A stretch of 53,098 nucleotides of DNA from an uncultured Leptospirales bacterium (GTDB lineage Bacteria; Spirochaetota; UBA4802; UBA5550), in the NCBI GenBank assembly GCA_964423905.1, contig CAYRGX010000027.1, positions 1-53,098 on the forward strand, in the 5' to 3' direction. A program made the position numbers and the translations under genes. Numbering within the stretch: position 1 is the first letter of the stretch; each line of letters starts with the position of its first letter. The notes under the pieces are model-generated. The model was not told the DNA's origin. It did no database searches and saw only the letters and a program-made list of their open reading frames with translations. Below are positions 28,775-38,405 of the stretch, in pieces.

Positions 28775-29197
28775 ATGGACGACCGTCTGCTTTTTCTTAT
28801 CTCGCGGGCAAACCACTCGCTGAAACAGCACCTGAAACGCGAATTCGGGCGTTCGAACGTGACCGCCACGCCCTCGCAGATGGGGATTCTCTTCGCCCTG
28901 AAGAAGAGCGACGGCCTTCCCATGTCGGAGCTGGGACGGATCATCGCCATCGACAATGCCGCGGTGACCCGGCATGTCGACAGCATGGAGCGCGCGGGTT
29001 TCGTCTCCAGGGAGCCCGAGCCGGGGGACCGGCGCAAGAATATCATCCGCATCACCGAAAAGGGACTGAGCGAGGCGGAGATGAGCGCCAGGGTGGCGCA
29101 CAGGGTCAACGCGCGCATCAAGGAGGGATTCAACGACGGGGAAATCGACGCGTTCAAGCGCATCCTCGCGAGTTTTATCGAAAAATTCTCTGAATAA
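28775..29197 (+). CDS. MarR family transcriptional regulator
   Basis: Winged-helix pattern (TPSQMGILFAL ... LGRIIAIDNAAVTRHVDSMERAGFVSREPEPGDRR). GGAGGA RBS. The 28634 track start is a spurious extension. Confidence 0.8.
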   Translation: MDDRLLFLISRANHSLKQHLKREFGRSNVTATPSQMGILFALKKSDGLPMSELGRIIAIDNAAVTRHVDSMERAGFVSREPEPGDRRKNIIRITEKGLSEAEMSARVAHRVNARIKEGFNDGEIDAFKRILASFIEKFSE

Positions 29198-29212
29198 CGA
29201 CCGGAGGTACCC

Positions 29213-29680
29213 ATGAACCGTTCTCTGAAAATGTACAACGCCCTTTCACACTATCCGCTGGGGAAGTGGATCTACTCAAGGCTCCTCTGCCTGACAGCAC
29301 CCTATTTTTCCACCATCAGGCCCCGATTCATCGAATTGCGCCCGGGTTACGGCGAGATCATGATCAGGAACAGGCGATCGGTGCGCAACCACCTCGGGAG
29401 CGTTCACGCGATCGCAATGTGCAATCTCTGCGAGCTCATCGGGGGGCTCACCCTGGACGCGTCCATTCCCGGCCATCTCAGGTGGATACCCGGCGGGATG
29501 GAAGTGCAGTACCTGAAAATCGCGAAAAGCGACCTTACCGGCACCTGCTCCATCGACAGGCCCGATTCGATAGCCCCCGGACGGAAAAGGGTCGATGTCA
29601 GCATCAGGGACAGGGGCGGCAGTGAAGTCTTCAGGGGGGCCATAGACATGCACATATCCGAAAAAAAACGCGCCTCGTAG
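29213..29680 (+). CDS. hotdog-fold thioesterase-like protein (DUF4442/PaaI-like)
   Basis: 155 aa; pattern of a hotdog fold, with HAIAMCNLCELIGG as the central helix. Co-oriented immediately downstream of marR. Confidence 0.5.
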   Translation: MNRSLKMYNALSHYPLGKWIYSRLLCLTAPYFSTIRPRFIELRPGYGEIMIRNRRSVRNHLGSVHAIAMCNLCELIGGLTLDASIPGHLRWIPGGMEVQYLKIAKSDLTGTCSIDRPDSIAPGRKRVDVSIRDRGGSEVFRGAIDMHISEKKRAS

Positions 29681-29868
29681 TCCCTTCTCCATGGGCATCG
29701 TTTCAACCGCGGCATCGAGCAGCATTATGCCTCGCCGGGAAACGATGCCCTTGCATCATCATCGCAATTAATTAAAAATAATTATTTTATTGACACTTTT
29801 TCCGATATGTAAGTTATTGACTGAATTTCTTAGAGTTTTAAATCGTTATCGATTTAAGGAGCGCATCA

Positions 29869-30042
29869 ATGAATGCCGTTTTGAAAGAAGAGTACCAGCT
29901 TATCGCCAAGCACTGTCCCTCGTGCCAGTCACTGGTCATGGCCAGGGTGGAAAGGGAAACGAACGGTGAAGTGCACTACTGCGATTATCGCTGTTCCTCG
30001 TGCAGCTGGATAAGCCCGGCAAGCGCCTGCAAAAACAACTGA
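29869..30042 (+). CDS. unannotated 57-aa Cys4 zinc-ribbon protein
   Basis: Absent from the ORF track because it is under 60 aa. AAGGAG RBS 7 nt upstream of the ATG. Sequence is CPSC-x18-CDYRCSSC. A hairpin follows (30044-30070). Confidence 0.5.
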   Translation: MNAVLKEEYQLIAKHCPSCQSLVMARVERETNGEVHYCDYRCSSCSWISPASACKNN

Positions 30043-30267
30043 TCCGTACGGGCGGCCGTCATCTGCCCGTATTACAATCCGCTCTTTTTCCGCGCGCAGT
30101 TTTTACCGCCTCGCCGATTTCATCTCTGCCCGGACCGGCCGACGCCGCCACGAGCCATCCGCGTGGAAATCGACAAATACAACCGGACGAAAGGCCATGG
30201 CGGAAAAAATCATTGACTAAACAGGTGAAAAACCTGATTGTCGATGATCAATCGAAACGAGGTCGTA

Positions 30268-30438
30268 ATGGTCGATACCAAGCTGATTGAAATTCTCGCA
30301 TGCCCCGCGTGCAGGGGTGACGTGGAGTACGATACCAGGAACGAAAAAATCATTTGCGTCGATTGCGGACGGAAATATCCCGTAAGGGACGGCATTCCGG
30401 TCATGCTCGTGGACGAGGCGGAAACCCCCTCTTCATAA
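30268..30438 (+). CDS. Trm112/UPF0434 family zinc-ribbon-like protein
   Basis: IEILACPACRG ... YPVRDGIPVMLVDEA matches the Trm112/YcaR pattern. Internal ATG used. Confidence 0.75.
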   Translation: MVDTKLIEILACPACRGDVEYDTRNEKIICVDCGRKYPVRDGIPVMLVDEAETPSS

Positions 30439-30527
30439 ACGCCGCGGGGCGAGGCCGTCCGGGGGGCGGCAGGCCTCCCGCCCGAATCAGCGGTCCGCCC
30501 GGTAATACCAATTTTCGAGGACAGATT

Positions 30528-31661
30528 ATGCACTTCAACCGCGACAAGATACTGAAAGGCATTGTATACATATTCATCGGCTTTTTCACGCTGATCATAA
30601 TCATATCGTTCGGGATGCCGGATTTCATCTCCCGCATGGGGCTTGACCAGAACACCATCGCTACCTTGAACGGCAACCCGGTCCATCGCCTGGAGTATTT
30701 ACGCTACCGCGACCTCAAATTCGGCCATCTCGAGGCGCAGAAGATGGACGACATGCTCCTGAACTATTTCATCCAGGAACTGCAACTCTACGACGAGGCC
30801 CATCGTAACGGAGTCGCCGTGAGCGAAGAAAAAATATCCGAGCTCATCCGCGGCATCCCCATAATGATGGATCCCGAAACGGGAAAATTCAGCCCGGACC
30901 GCATGAACATGTTCCTTCACAGGTTCCGCATGAGCCTGCCCGAATTCTACAAGTTCGTCGAGCGCGATTACACCATCAAGGAATTCATGAGGCTGATCGG
31001 GATGGGCATCCCCGTGACCTCGGACGATCTCGCCGTGGAACAGACGGCGCGCGACGCGAAGATCCAGTTCAGGTACGCCTACGTGAGCGCCATGGAGCTC
31101 CAAAAGCGCACGGCCGGGAACCCCGTGACCGAACAGGAAATCGACGCGGCCATGCTCAGGGACAAGAACGAGGTGAAAGATCCAAAGACCGACAGGGCGC
31201 GCATAAAGGCGAAGCTGGAGAAAGGCCGGTACGATGTCGCGCGTGACGGGATCGTGAAACGAATCAACAAGCTCGCCTCGGAGAACGGTTCCTTCTCCGA
31301 GGCAGCCTCGATCCTCCAGGGAACGGTGTCCTCTTCGAACGTTTTCAAAATCGGAGAGATCCCCAAGGACGCATCGGACCAGCAGAAGATACTCACGGAC
31401 ATATCCAACTCGAAGGTATTCCTGGACGACTTCCTTTCCATAAAGGAGAACGCCACCTCCCGTGTCATCCAGTCCCCGATGGGACTCTATGTCATTTCGC
31501 CCTCGCTCAAGGACATAAAGGCCTCGCAACCGTCCGAGAAGGATATGCCCGCGCTGAGAACGGCCCTGGTCAACGACATCGAGGGCGCCCTGATGAGAAG
31601 TTATACGACGAAAATAATGGAAAAATCGAAGGTGAAAAAATACCTAAAGGCGGAGCAGTGA
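30528..31661 (+). CDS. membrane-anchored SurA-N/PpiD-like periplasmic chaperone domain protein
   Basis: N-terminal TM helix followed by a SurA_N-like helical domain. No obvious PPIase signature. GAGGA RBS. The track start at 30354 was rejected. Confidence 0.5.
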   Translation: MHFNRDKILKGIVYIFIGFFTLIIIISFGMPDFISRMGLDQNTIATLNGNPVHRLEYLRYRDLKFGHLEAQKMDDMLLNYFIQELQLYDEAHRNGVAVSEEKISELIRGIPIMMDPETGKFSPDRMNMFLHRFRMSLPEFYKFVERDYTIKEFMRLIGMGIPVTSDDLAVEQTARDAKIQFRYAYVSAMELQKRTAGNPVTEQEIDAAMLRDKNEVKDPKTDRARIKAKLEKGRYDVARDGIVKRINKLASENGSFSEAASILQGTVSSSNVFKIGEIPKDASDQQKILTDISNSKVFLDDFLSIKENATSRVIQSPMGLYVISPSLKDIKASQPSEKDMPALRTALVNDIEGALMRSYTTKIMEKSKVKKYLKAEQ

Positions 31662-31706
31662 CGCGTCCGGCCTGAACGCCCATCACACTATAAAAGGGAT
31701 ACTGAC

Positions 31707-32177
31707 GTGGCAACAAACATCAATGCGGAATTCGTAAACCCCTTTCTCGAGGCCGCAAGCGCGGTCTTCAAGCAGATTCTGAACGTCGACCTCAGAAGAG
31801 GCAAGCTCGTAATAAAGGAGAGTCCCATCCCCTCGATGGATGTCGCGATCATCATAGGCATCACGGGAGGCATCACCGGCGACGTGGTGTACAGCATGGG
31901 CTACAACATGGTGTACAAGATCGCCGAGGTCCTGGCTCCGGGCCTTTCCGAGGAACAGATCAAGACCGAGTACAAGGACATCGTGGGAGAGCTCGCGAAC
32001 ATGATCACGGGCAACGCCATGAACCTGTTCGCGACCGTTGGCAAGCATATCCACATAACCACCCCGACGGTCATCGAGGGAAGGGAAATCACCATCACCA
32101 TGATCAAGCAGACGACACTGGGAATCAACCTTTACAGCCCCATGGGCCAGCTCGAGCTGAACATCGCCCTCAAGTGA
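31707..32177 (+). CDS. cheX: chemotaxis phosphatase CheX
   Basis: 156 aa, N-terminal FVNPFLEAASAVFKQIL and ELANMITGNA motifs typical of CheX. GTG start behind AAGGGA. Confidence 0.7.
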   Translation: MATNINAEFVNPFLEAASAVFKQILNVDLRRGKLVIKESPIPSMDVAIIIGITGGITGDVVYSMGYNMVYKIAEVLAPGLSEEQIKTEYKDIVGELANMITGNAMNLFATVGKHIHITTPTVIEGREITITMIKQTTLGINLYSPMGQLELNIALK

Positions 32178-32198
32178 CGCGCCCCGCAGGGGAGGCCC

Positions 32199-34547
32199 TC
32201 AGAGCGAGAACCTCCCGCCAGCCATCGCCGCATCCCTGAATAAGAATTCCGACGCCGGAATCGTGCCTTTCGGACGACTGCCGTGGGGGGGGACCGCCGG
32301 CGTCCCGTAGGTTACGTCGATCACGCGCAGCTCGACAGGCTCCATGCCGTTCACCGACAGGCCGAGTTCCACTCCACCTTCGGCCAGGCCGGAGTACTGG
32401 ATGACGGTCCAGTCCTTCAGGTTTACCTGGTCCAGGATCAACCGGTACCCGGGCTTCATCGTCTCGACGGGGTTCATCCCCGCGGGGATACCGTCGACGG
32501 ACATTTCCCTCACCCTTCCCCCGTCGCGGATCACGATCAGCATGGCCGCGGCCTTCCGCGGCGACTGGATCTTCACGGTCAGCTTCCTGCCGCCGGAAAC
32601 CGCGGCCGCGCCCGCGAGGGTGACGCGGGGCGGCGGAAGGCGCAGGTCCGGGGCCTCCGCGACGAGCGTGGCATACGGCTTGAAAAAGCACCGCGGGAGG
32701 AGCGAGGACACAAGCGGGAGCTCGCTCCGCCGCGCGCGGCCGAAATAGGGTGAGGTCCTTTCGTCCACGTCGGGATCGCAGCTCACCCAGCGCGACTCGC
32801 CCCTGTCAGCGTCGAACACGTAGGATACCGCGTCCGGCCTGGGTTTCTTTTCATCGAAGCCGGACAGCCCGATGCCCGCGACAAGGAACGCGACGCCGGC
32901 CGCGCAGAGTACGAGCGCGGCACGGTGCCCCGCGCGCGAGAAGACCGCCTCGCAGAGGGGCGCCATGAGCATGACGTACAGCGACCCTGACAGCACCGCG
33001 GCCGCGGCGAAGCGCAGCGTCAGCGCGGTGTAGAAATCGGCCGTCATGCGGGCCGCGAAGATCACGGCCGGCACGGATACGACCGTCACCAGCAGCGCAT
33101 TCAGCCTGGGCGGCAGGCCGCTCCTGGAAGCGATCCCCGCGATCACCGCCCAGAACAGGGGCCAGTGGAACATGAAGCTCGCGACCGGGAAAAACATGGC
33201 CGTGGCCGCCGCCGCCACCGCGAACGCGAGCATTCCTCCCGCGGCGAGCCCCTCGGCGCCGGTTCTCCTGAGCAGACCGAACACGGCGATGCCCGCCCCG
33301 GCCGAGAGGAGCGCAAGTGCGAGGTGGAAATATCCACCGTTGTATGGCTCGCCCCAGATCATCCAGGGCAGGGACGGCACGGTGCGGAACATGATGGCGA
33401 TGACGCCATGGGCAACGAGCGCGAGCGCGGCGGGCACGGCGATGACCGCAACAAAGCCCGCGACGAGACCCGCGGGCCTGATGCTTTTCTCGCGAAGCCC
33501 GGTGAACACGAGGAACAACACCCCGGCCGCGCACAGCGCGGTGAACACGGACGCGCCCGCCCTGCCGTACATCAGCATCCACGATCCGAGGGGGTTGAAA
33601 TACACCGGCGTTGCCTCGCTCACGTTTTTCATCGCGTCGAAGTCGATGCCGCGCGCGAGCGAAAGCACGTGTTCGCCGTGGTGCTGGAGGGTCCGCGGAT
33701 CAAGCCTGTCCGCGCTGTCGAGCGCGGTATGGTAGGCGGTCACGCCCCTGAAGAAGGCGAAATTGAGCCCCTTCGCCCCCGCGTCCCTGAATATCGAGAA
33801 GTCGGTGTCGTTGGGAAGCTGCGCGTTTACCGCCGCGGCGAGCGAATTTCCCACCGGGTCGGGCACGAGGTCGGCAAAGGCGCGCAGCACGCGGCCGCTC
33901 CCGGGCCCGGTCTCGATGAGTACCGACGGCCCCCCGATGCCCCGCGCCTCGAGGTTGACGGTCATTTCTACGGACGCGAACACGGGATGGGACCGCACGA
34001 AGGCGCACGCCCCGAGGAGACCGTATTCCTCGCCGTCGGTGAACAGGAAGACGCATTGCTGTTTCGGCGGGCCCTCCGCCTGGAGCGCCCTCATCGTTTC
34101 GAGCATAGCCGCTGCGCCCGAGATGTCGTCCGCGGCTCCGGGCCCGGTGGGCACCGAATCGTAGTGCGCGACGAACAGGATGGACCTGCCGCGGGCGCTG
34201 CCGGGGACGACAGCGATGATATTCTCTACATGGCCCGCGGTGTGGAATCCCCTGAACCAGCTCCTGAGCGCGGGCGACGCCTGCACCGACGCGTTGATGC
34301 CCATCGCGGCGCACGTGCGGAGGATATAGTCGCGGGCCTCCTTCTTCGCCTCCGAGCCCGCGGGCCGGGACTTCACTGACAAAGCCCGCACGTGCTCCAT
34401 GGCGCGTGCCGACGAGAAGTGTCCCGCGGGAGCGTCCGCGGGCCGCGCGGCCGGCATGCCGCTGCAGAGCACTCCCGCGGCGCACGCGACGATGACCGCA
34501 GTAAGGACGAGCAGCGCTTCGGCAAGCTGTTTGAGTGTCGGTTTCAT
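32199..34547 (-). CDS. M28 family metallopeptidase with large polytopic membrane domain
   Basis: M28 zinc-ligand regions (HYDSV, DDISG, DGEEYGLLGA), then about 8 TM helices and a C-terminal domain. Start at the internal ATG behind GGAGG. Confidence 0.75.
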   Translation of the reverse strand: MKPTLKQLAEALLVLTAVIVACAAGVLCSGMPAARPADAPAGHFSSARAMEHVRALSVKSRPAGSEAKKEARDYILRTCAAMGINASVQASPALRSWFRGFHTAGHVENIIAVVPGSARGRSILFVAHYDSVPTGPGAADDISGAAAMLETMRALQAEGPPKQQCVFLFTDGEEYGLLGACAFVRSHPVFASVEMTVNLEARGIGGPSVLIETGPGSGRVLRAFADLVPDPVGNSLAAAVNAQLPNDTDFSIFRDAGAKGLNFAFFRGVTAYHTALDSADRLDPRTLQHHGEHVLSLARGIDFDAMKNVSEATPVYFNPLGSWMLMYGRAGASVFTALCAAGVLFLVFTGLREKSIRPAGLVAGFVAVIAVPAALALVAHGVIAIMFRTVPSLPWMIWGEPYNGGYFHLALALLSAGAGIAVFGLLRRTGAEGLAAGGMLAFAVAAAATAMFFPVASFMFHWPLFWAVIAGIASRSGLPPRLNALLVTVVSVPAVIFAARMTADFYTALTLRFAAAAVLSGSLYVMLMAPLCEAVFSRAGHRAALVLCAAGVAFLVAGIGLSGFDEKKPRPDAVSYVFDADRGESRWVSCDPDVDERTSPYFGRARRSELPLVSSLLPRCFFKPYATLVAEAPDLRLPPPRVTLAGAAAVSGGRKLTVKIQSPRKAAAMLIVIRDGGRVREMSVDGIPAGMNPVETMKPGYRLILDQVNLKDWTVIQYSGLAEGGVELGLSVNGMEPVELRVIDVTYGTPAVPPHGSRPKGTIPASEFLFRDAAMAGGRFSL

Positions 34548-34697
34548 GGCATCCTCCCCTCTTGCATCAATACAGTGCACGTCGCGGCGCGGCCGTCAAG
34601 ATATATCCGCGGCGGACGGCAACGAAAACCGCCCGGGTCCGCAACTGGCAGAGAAAATGACTTGCTAAAATCGCCCTCGGGGGCAGTATCTCCATCC

Positions 34698-35234
34698 ATG
34701 AGAACGCAACGCAAAACCGGAAAGCAGATCGCCGCAGCGGCTGCGGTCACGCTCATTGCCCTGGCTGCCTCGTGCGGAAGGCTCACGCTCGTAGACCAGA
34801 AGGACCGGGCGATACAACAGGTATACAAGGCGCCGCTCACCGCGGACCAGATCTACGATCGTACCCTCGAATGGCTCGCGCGGAACCTCCCCTCCAGGGG
34901 CGACTCCATCGAGATTAAGGACAGGAGCCGGAAAAAAATCATCGCACGCGGCAGCGGCAAGTATTCCGAGTATTTGAACTTTTTCGTCGATCGCCAGTTC
35001 ACCTACACCGTGGTCATCGAGATGAAAGAGGGAAAATACCGGGTCACCTTCGAAAACCTCGTCGTCTACTACGAGGAGCGGGAGGTCAAGTCCTCGCCCG
35101 CGCGCTACAAGTTCGAGATAGATAACATCAGGAAAAAGCTCGTCAAGGTCGCGGACGAGATGCACGCTTTCGTCCTGCGCGGCGCGGACGACTGGAACCC
35201 GGAAAAGGAAAAGTCCGGGCAGGACGACTGGTAG
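34698..35234 (+). CDS. DUF4468-like lipoprotein
   Basis: Lipobox LAASC. The pattern ARGSGKY ... F ... Y ... IEMKEGKYRVTFENL resembles DUF4468. Confidence 0.45.
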   Translation: MRTQRKTGKQIAAAAAVTLIALAASCGRLTLVDQKDRAIQQVYKAPLTADQIYDRTLEWLARNLPSRGDSIEIKDRSRKKIIARGSGKYSEYLNFFVDRQFTYTVVIEMKEGKYRVTFENLVVYYEEREVKSSPARYKFEIDNIRKKLVKVADEMHAFVLRGADDWNPEKEKSGQDDW

Positions 35235-35699
35235 TCAGCCCACCACCGGCATGAGAGCCCACTTCACGGATCTGAGCTGCGCGCCCTCGCGGCGGTCGAT
35301 GCATACGATCCCCCCGTTCTGGAACAGGAACACCGGGATCTCAGCCGAGCCCGCGACAAGCAGTCCCGCGAGCCGCTCCATGAACGGGAGATGCCCCACG
35401 AAGAGCGTGCCCTCGTCCGCCCCGGACAGGCGCGCCGCGAACGCCGCGACATCGTCGGCCGGGCCCATGCCGCCGAGGCCCGCGACGTCGGTCACGCCGA
35501 GCGCCTCCGCGAATATCTCCGCCGTCTGGAGGGCCCTGGCTTTCCCGCTGTGCCTGACGCGGGCGATCCGCACCGAGTAGGCGGCCGCGGTCGCGGCGAT
35601 GCGACGGACATGCTCCCGCCCCTCATCGGTGAGCACCCGTTCCGCGTCCGTTTCGCCCGCGGTCGCGGCGCCGTGCTGCGCGAGATATATCGCCATCAT
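35235..35699 (-). CDS. sixA: phosphohistidine phosphatase SixA
   Basis: RHG-like catalytic N-terminus (IYLAQHGAA) and histidine-phosphatase branch-1 pattern. 154 aa. Confidence 0.8.
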   Translation of the reverse strand: MMAIYLAQHGAATAGETDAERVLTDEGREHVRRIAATAAAYSVRIARVRHSGKARALQTAEIFAEALGVTDVAGLGGMGPADDVAAFAARLSGADEGTLFVGHLPFMERLAGLLVAGSAEIPVFLFQNGGIVCIDRREGAQLRSVKWALMPVVG

Positions 35700-36055
35700 A
35701 TCCCCCCGAATTCAATTTTGATCCGGTACGAATCCTTCAAGTCTTCAGTCTCGACCTTCATGTTCTTGAGAAACGCCTGCTCCAGCTCGAACTCGAGCCT
35801 GTTGATCCACCTCTCGAGGTTGTCGTCGGGAATAAACGACTTGCCGATGACTATTTCCGCGGCATACGGGGCTAGCATCGCCCGGCACTCGATAGCGCCC
35901 ACGCTCCCGTTGACGGCCACATTTAGGACCGATAAGCTATGCTCGGGGTATGACAGCGAAAATTCCGAGTCGGGAGAGAAGCTCTTCGCGAACGCCTTGA
36001 TCATCTTCGTGTAATCGAAACGGACCATTTTTTTCATATTGGTGATATCGGTCAT
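35696..36055 (-). CDS. hypothetical protein (co-transcribed with sixA)
   Basis: 119 aa; 4-nt overlap with the sixA start. Confidence 0.4.
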   Translation of the reverse strand: MTDITNMKKMVRFDYTKMIKAFAKSFSPDSEFSLSYPEHSLSVLNVAVNGSVGAIECRAMLAPYAAEIVIGKSFIPDDNLERWINRLEFELEQAFLKNMKVETEDLKDSYRIKIEFGGI

Positions 36056-36283
36056 GCCTCCTCCCGCGGACCGGGTTCGCGTCCCGGGCCCGCCTATCCA
36101 AGCATGCGCCGGGCGCGCCGATTTTTCCAGCCTTTTTTCTCCCCCGGCGCCTGTAACTTTGTGCCCGCGGGCAACACAGAAGAAGATCGGGCCGGGAATG
36201 GAGCTTGAGGGATTTTTTTATTTACTTTTGTGCCGCCCCGGGCTGAAATGTATGCAACGAAACAACTCGATCAGGAGCCAGTC

Positions 36284-37438
36284 ATGAAACAATTCAGGAC
36301 CCCTCTTTCCGCGGCGGGTTTCGCCGTCATCGCGGGCATCACCGCGGGTATCGTGCTCCTGTCCGGCCTTGCGGATAGGGGAACGGTGCTCTTCGGCGCC
36401 TCGGGCAATTCGCCCCTCAGGAGCAGCAGGGAAGTCACCGACGCAGTGGACGTTCAGAATATCTTCAGGAAGATATTCGAGATGAACAGCGAGCGCGTCG
36501 TGTTCATCAGCACCGAGCAGACCGTGAAGCAGCCGCGCCATCCCTTTTACGACGACCCCTTCTTCAGGGACTTCTTCGGCCAGGGCGCAATGCCGAAGGG
36601 CAGGACGCAGAAGCGCACCGGTCTCGGCACGGGCTTCATACTTTCGGAGGACGGCTATATCTGCACCAACCACCATGTCGTCGCCGGCGTGGACAAGATA
36701 AAAGTCAAGGTCAACAAGAAGACCTATGACGCGCAGCTCGTGGGATCGGACGAACGCACCGACATCGCCCTGCTGAAAATCAACGCGGGCGAGCGGTTGA
36801 AGCCCGTGTACCTGGGAGACTCAAACTCGGTCAGGGTCGGCGACTGGGCGATCGCGATCGGCAACCCTTTCGGCCTGGACAATTCGTTCACGGTGGGCGT
36901 CATCAGCGCCTCGGCGCGGAGGGACCTCGACCTGATGGGCGATTCGCAGTCGCACATACAGACCGACGCGTCCATCAATCCCGGCAACTCCGGCGGGCCG
37001 CTGATCAACATCTACGGCGAGGTCATCGGCATCAACAGGATGATATACTCGCAGACGGGCGGGAACATGGGCATCGGCTTCGCCATCCCCATCAACAGCG
37101 CCAAGATCATCCTCGAGCAGCTGAAGACCCACAAGAAGATCAAGAGGGGATATATCGGCGTGCAGCTCGTGCCGCTGACGGAGGAATACGCGAAGGAGCT
37201 CGCCCTGCCGGACCTCAGCGGCGCGCTCGTCGGCGCGGTCCTCGACAGGAGCCCGGCGCACAAGGGCGGCATCCAGATCGGCGACGTCATCCTCCAGATC
37301 AACAACAGGAAGATCAAGAGCTTCACCGACATCCTCGAGGAGGTCGAGAAATCACAGATCGGTAAAACGCTGCAGATATATATCTGGAGAAAAAAGCATA
37401 AGATAAGCCTTTTCATCACCGTCGCCGAACGACCGTGA
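36284..37438 (+). CDS. HtrA/DegP-family serine endoprotease with one PDZ domain
   Basis: Catalytic triad contexts (TNHHVV, DIALL, GNSGGPL) and a PDZ domain. AGGAG RBS at the internal ATG. Confidence 0.9.
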   Translation: MKQFRTPLSAAGFAVIAGITAGIVLLSGLADRGTVLFGASGNSPLRSSREVTDAVDVQNIFRKIFEMNSERVVFISTEQTVKQPRHPFYDDPFFRDFFGQGAMPKGRTQKRTGLGTGFILSEDGYICTNHHVVAGVDKIKVKVNKKTYDAQLVGSDERTDIALLKINAGERLKPVYLGDSNSVRVGDWAIAIGNPFGLDNSFTVGVISASARRDLDLMGDSQSHIQTDASINPGNSGGPLINIYGEVIGINRMIYSQTGGNMGIGFAIPINSAKIILEQLKTHKKIKRGYIGVQLVPLTEEYAKELALPDLSGALVGAVLDRSPAHKGGIQIGDVILQINNRKIKSFTDILEEVEKSQIGKTLQIYIWRKKHKISLFITVAERP

Positions 37439-37450
37439 CCGCGGCGCCCG

Positions 37451-38404
37451 ATGGTTTCGCGGAAGGCCCTGCTCGTCAGCAAAACGAGGAACGTCCTGCA
37501 GTCATTCCTCCTGCTGTTTCTCATGGGCCTTCTGTTTTCCTTCATCGGGTTTCTCTTCGGCGGCCCCACGGGACTTCTCGTCTCTCTCGCGGTGTTCGTC
37601 GGCATCGCCGTCGCGGCCCCGCAGGTATCGCCCCAGGTGATCCTGAGAATGTACGGAGCCAGGAAAATCGACCCGCGCGAAGCCCCCGATCTCTACGCGG
37701 CCGTGACCGTCCTCTCGCAACGCGCGTCGCTCGGGAACAGGCCTGATCTCTTCTACATCCCGTCGAGCGTCATGAACGCCTTCTCGGTAGGAAGCCGGGA
37801 CGCCGCGGGGATCGCGCTGACCGACGGCATCCTCAGGCGGATGAGCTGGAGGGAAATCGGGGGGATACTCGCGCACGAGATCAGCCACGTGGCGAGCAAC
37901 GACCTCCGCATAATGGCGCTCGCCGACTCCATCACGCGCATGATCAACTTCTTTTCATTTGCGAGTATCCTTCTGCTCGTGTTCTACCTGCCGATCACGC
38001 TCGCGACGGGATACCGCGTATCCATTCCCGCGATCGCCCTCCTGGCCTTGTCGCCGCAGATCAGCATGCTTCTGCAGCTGGCGCTCTCGCGAACCCGCGA
38101 GTACGAGGCCGACCTTAACGCGGTCAGGCTCACCGGCGATCCCGGAGGCCTCGCCTCGGCCCTTCAGAAAATCGAACACCGCCCGCGCTCCATGCTAGAC
38201 TTCCTCATCCCCGGCAGAAAGGAGCCCGGTCCCTCCCTTCTCAGGAGCCACCCCGATACCGGGCGCAGGGTCCGAAGGCTCATGGAACTCGCGCAGCGCC
38301 GCGAGGAATATCCCCCCTTCTCATACCCGCGCGCAGTGGTCCCCGAGCACTTCAACGAGGTGACCGCGCCCCCGCGCCGCCGCATCGGGGGGTTCTGGCG
38401 CTGA
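37451..38404 (+). CDS. M48 family zinc metalloprotease (HtpX-like)
   Basis: HEISH zinc motif, 4 TM segments, and a downstream EYEAD third-ligand region. Confidence 0.85.
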   Translation: MVSRKALLVSKTRNVLQSFLLLFLMGLLFSFIGFLFGGPTGLLVSLAVFVGIAVAAPQVSPQVILRMYGARKIDPREAPDLYAAVTVLSQRASLGNRPDLFYIPSSVMNAFSVGSRDAAGIALTDGILRRMSWREIGGILAHEISHVASNDLRIMALADSITRMINFFSFASILLLVFYLPITLATGYRVSIPAIALLALSPQISMLLQLALSRTREYEADLNAVRLTGDPGGLASALQKIEHRPRSMLDFLIPGRKEPGPSLLRSHPDTGRRVRRLMELAQRREEYPPFSYPRAVVPEHFNEVTAPPRRRIGGFWR

Positions 38405-38405
38405 A

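Noticed and set aside
33165-34379. 404-aa plus ORF
   Set aside because: Antisense to the M28 peptidase gene; Arg/Gly/Glu-rich.
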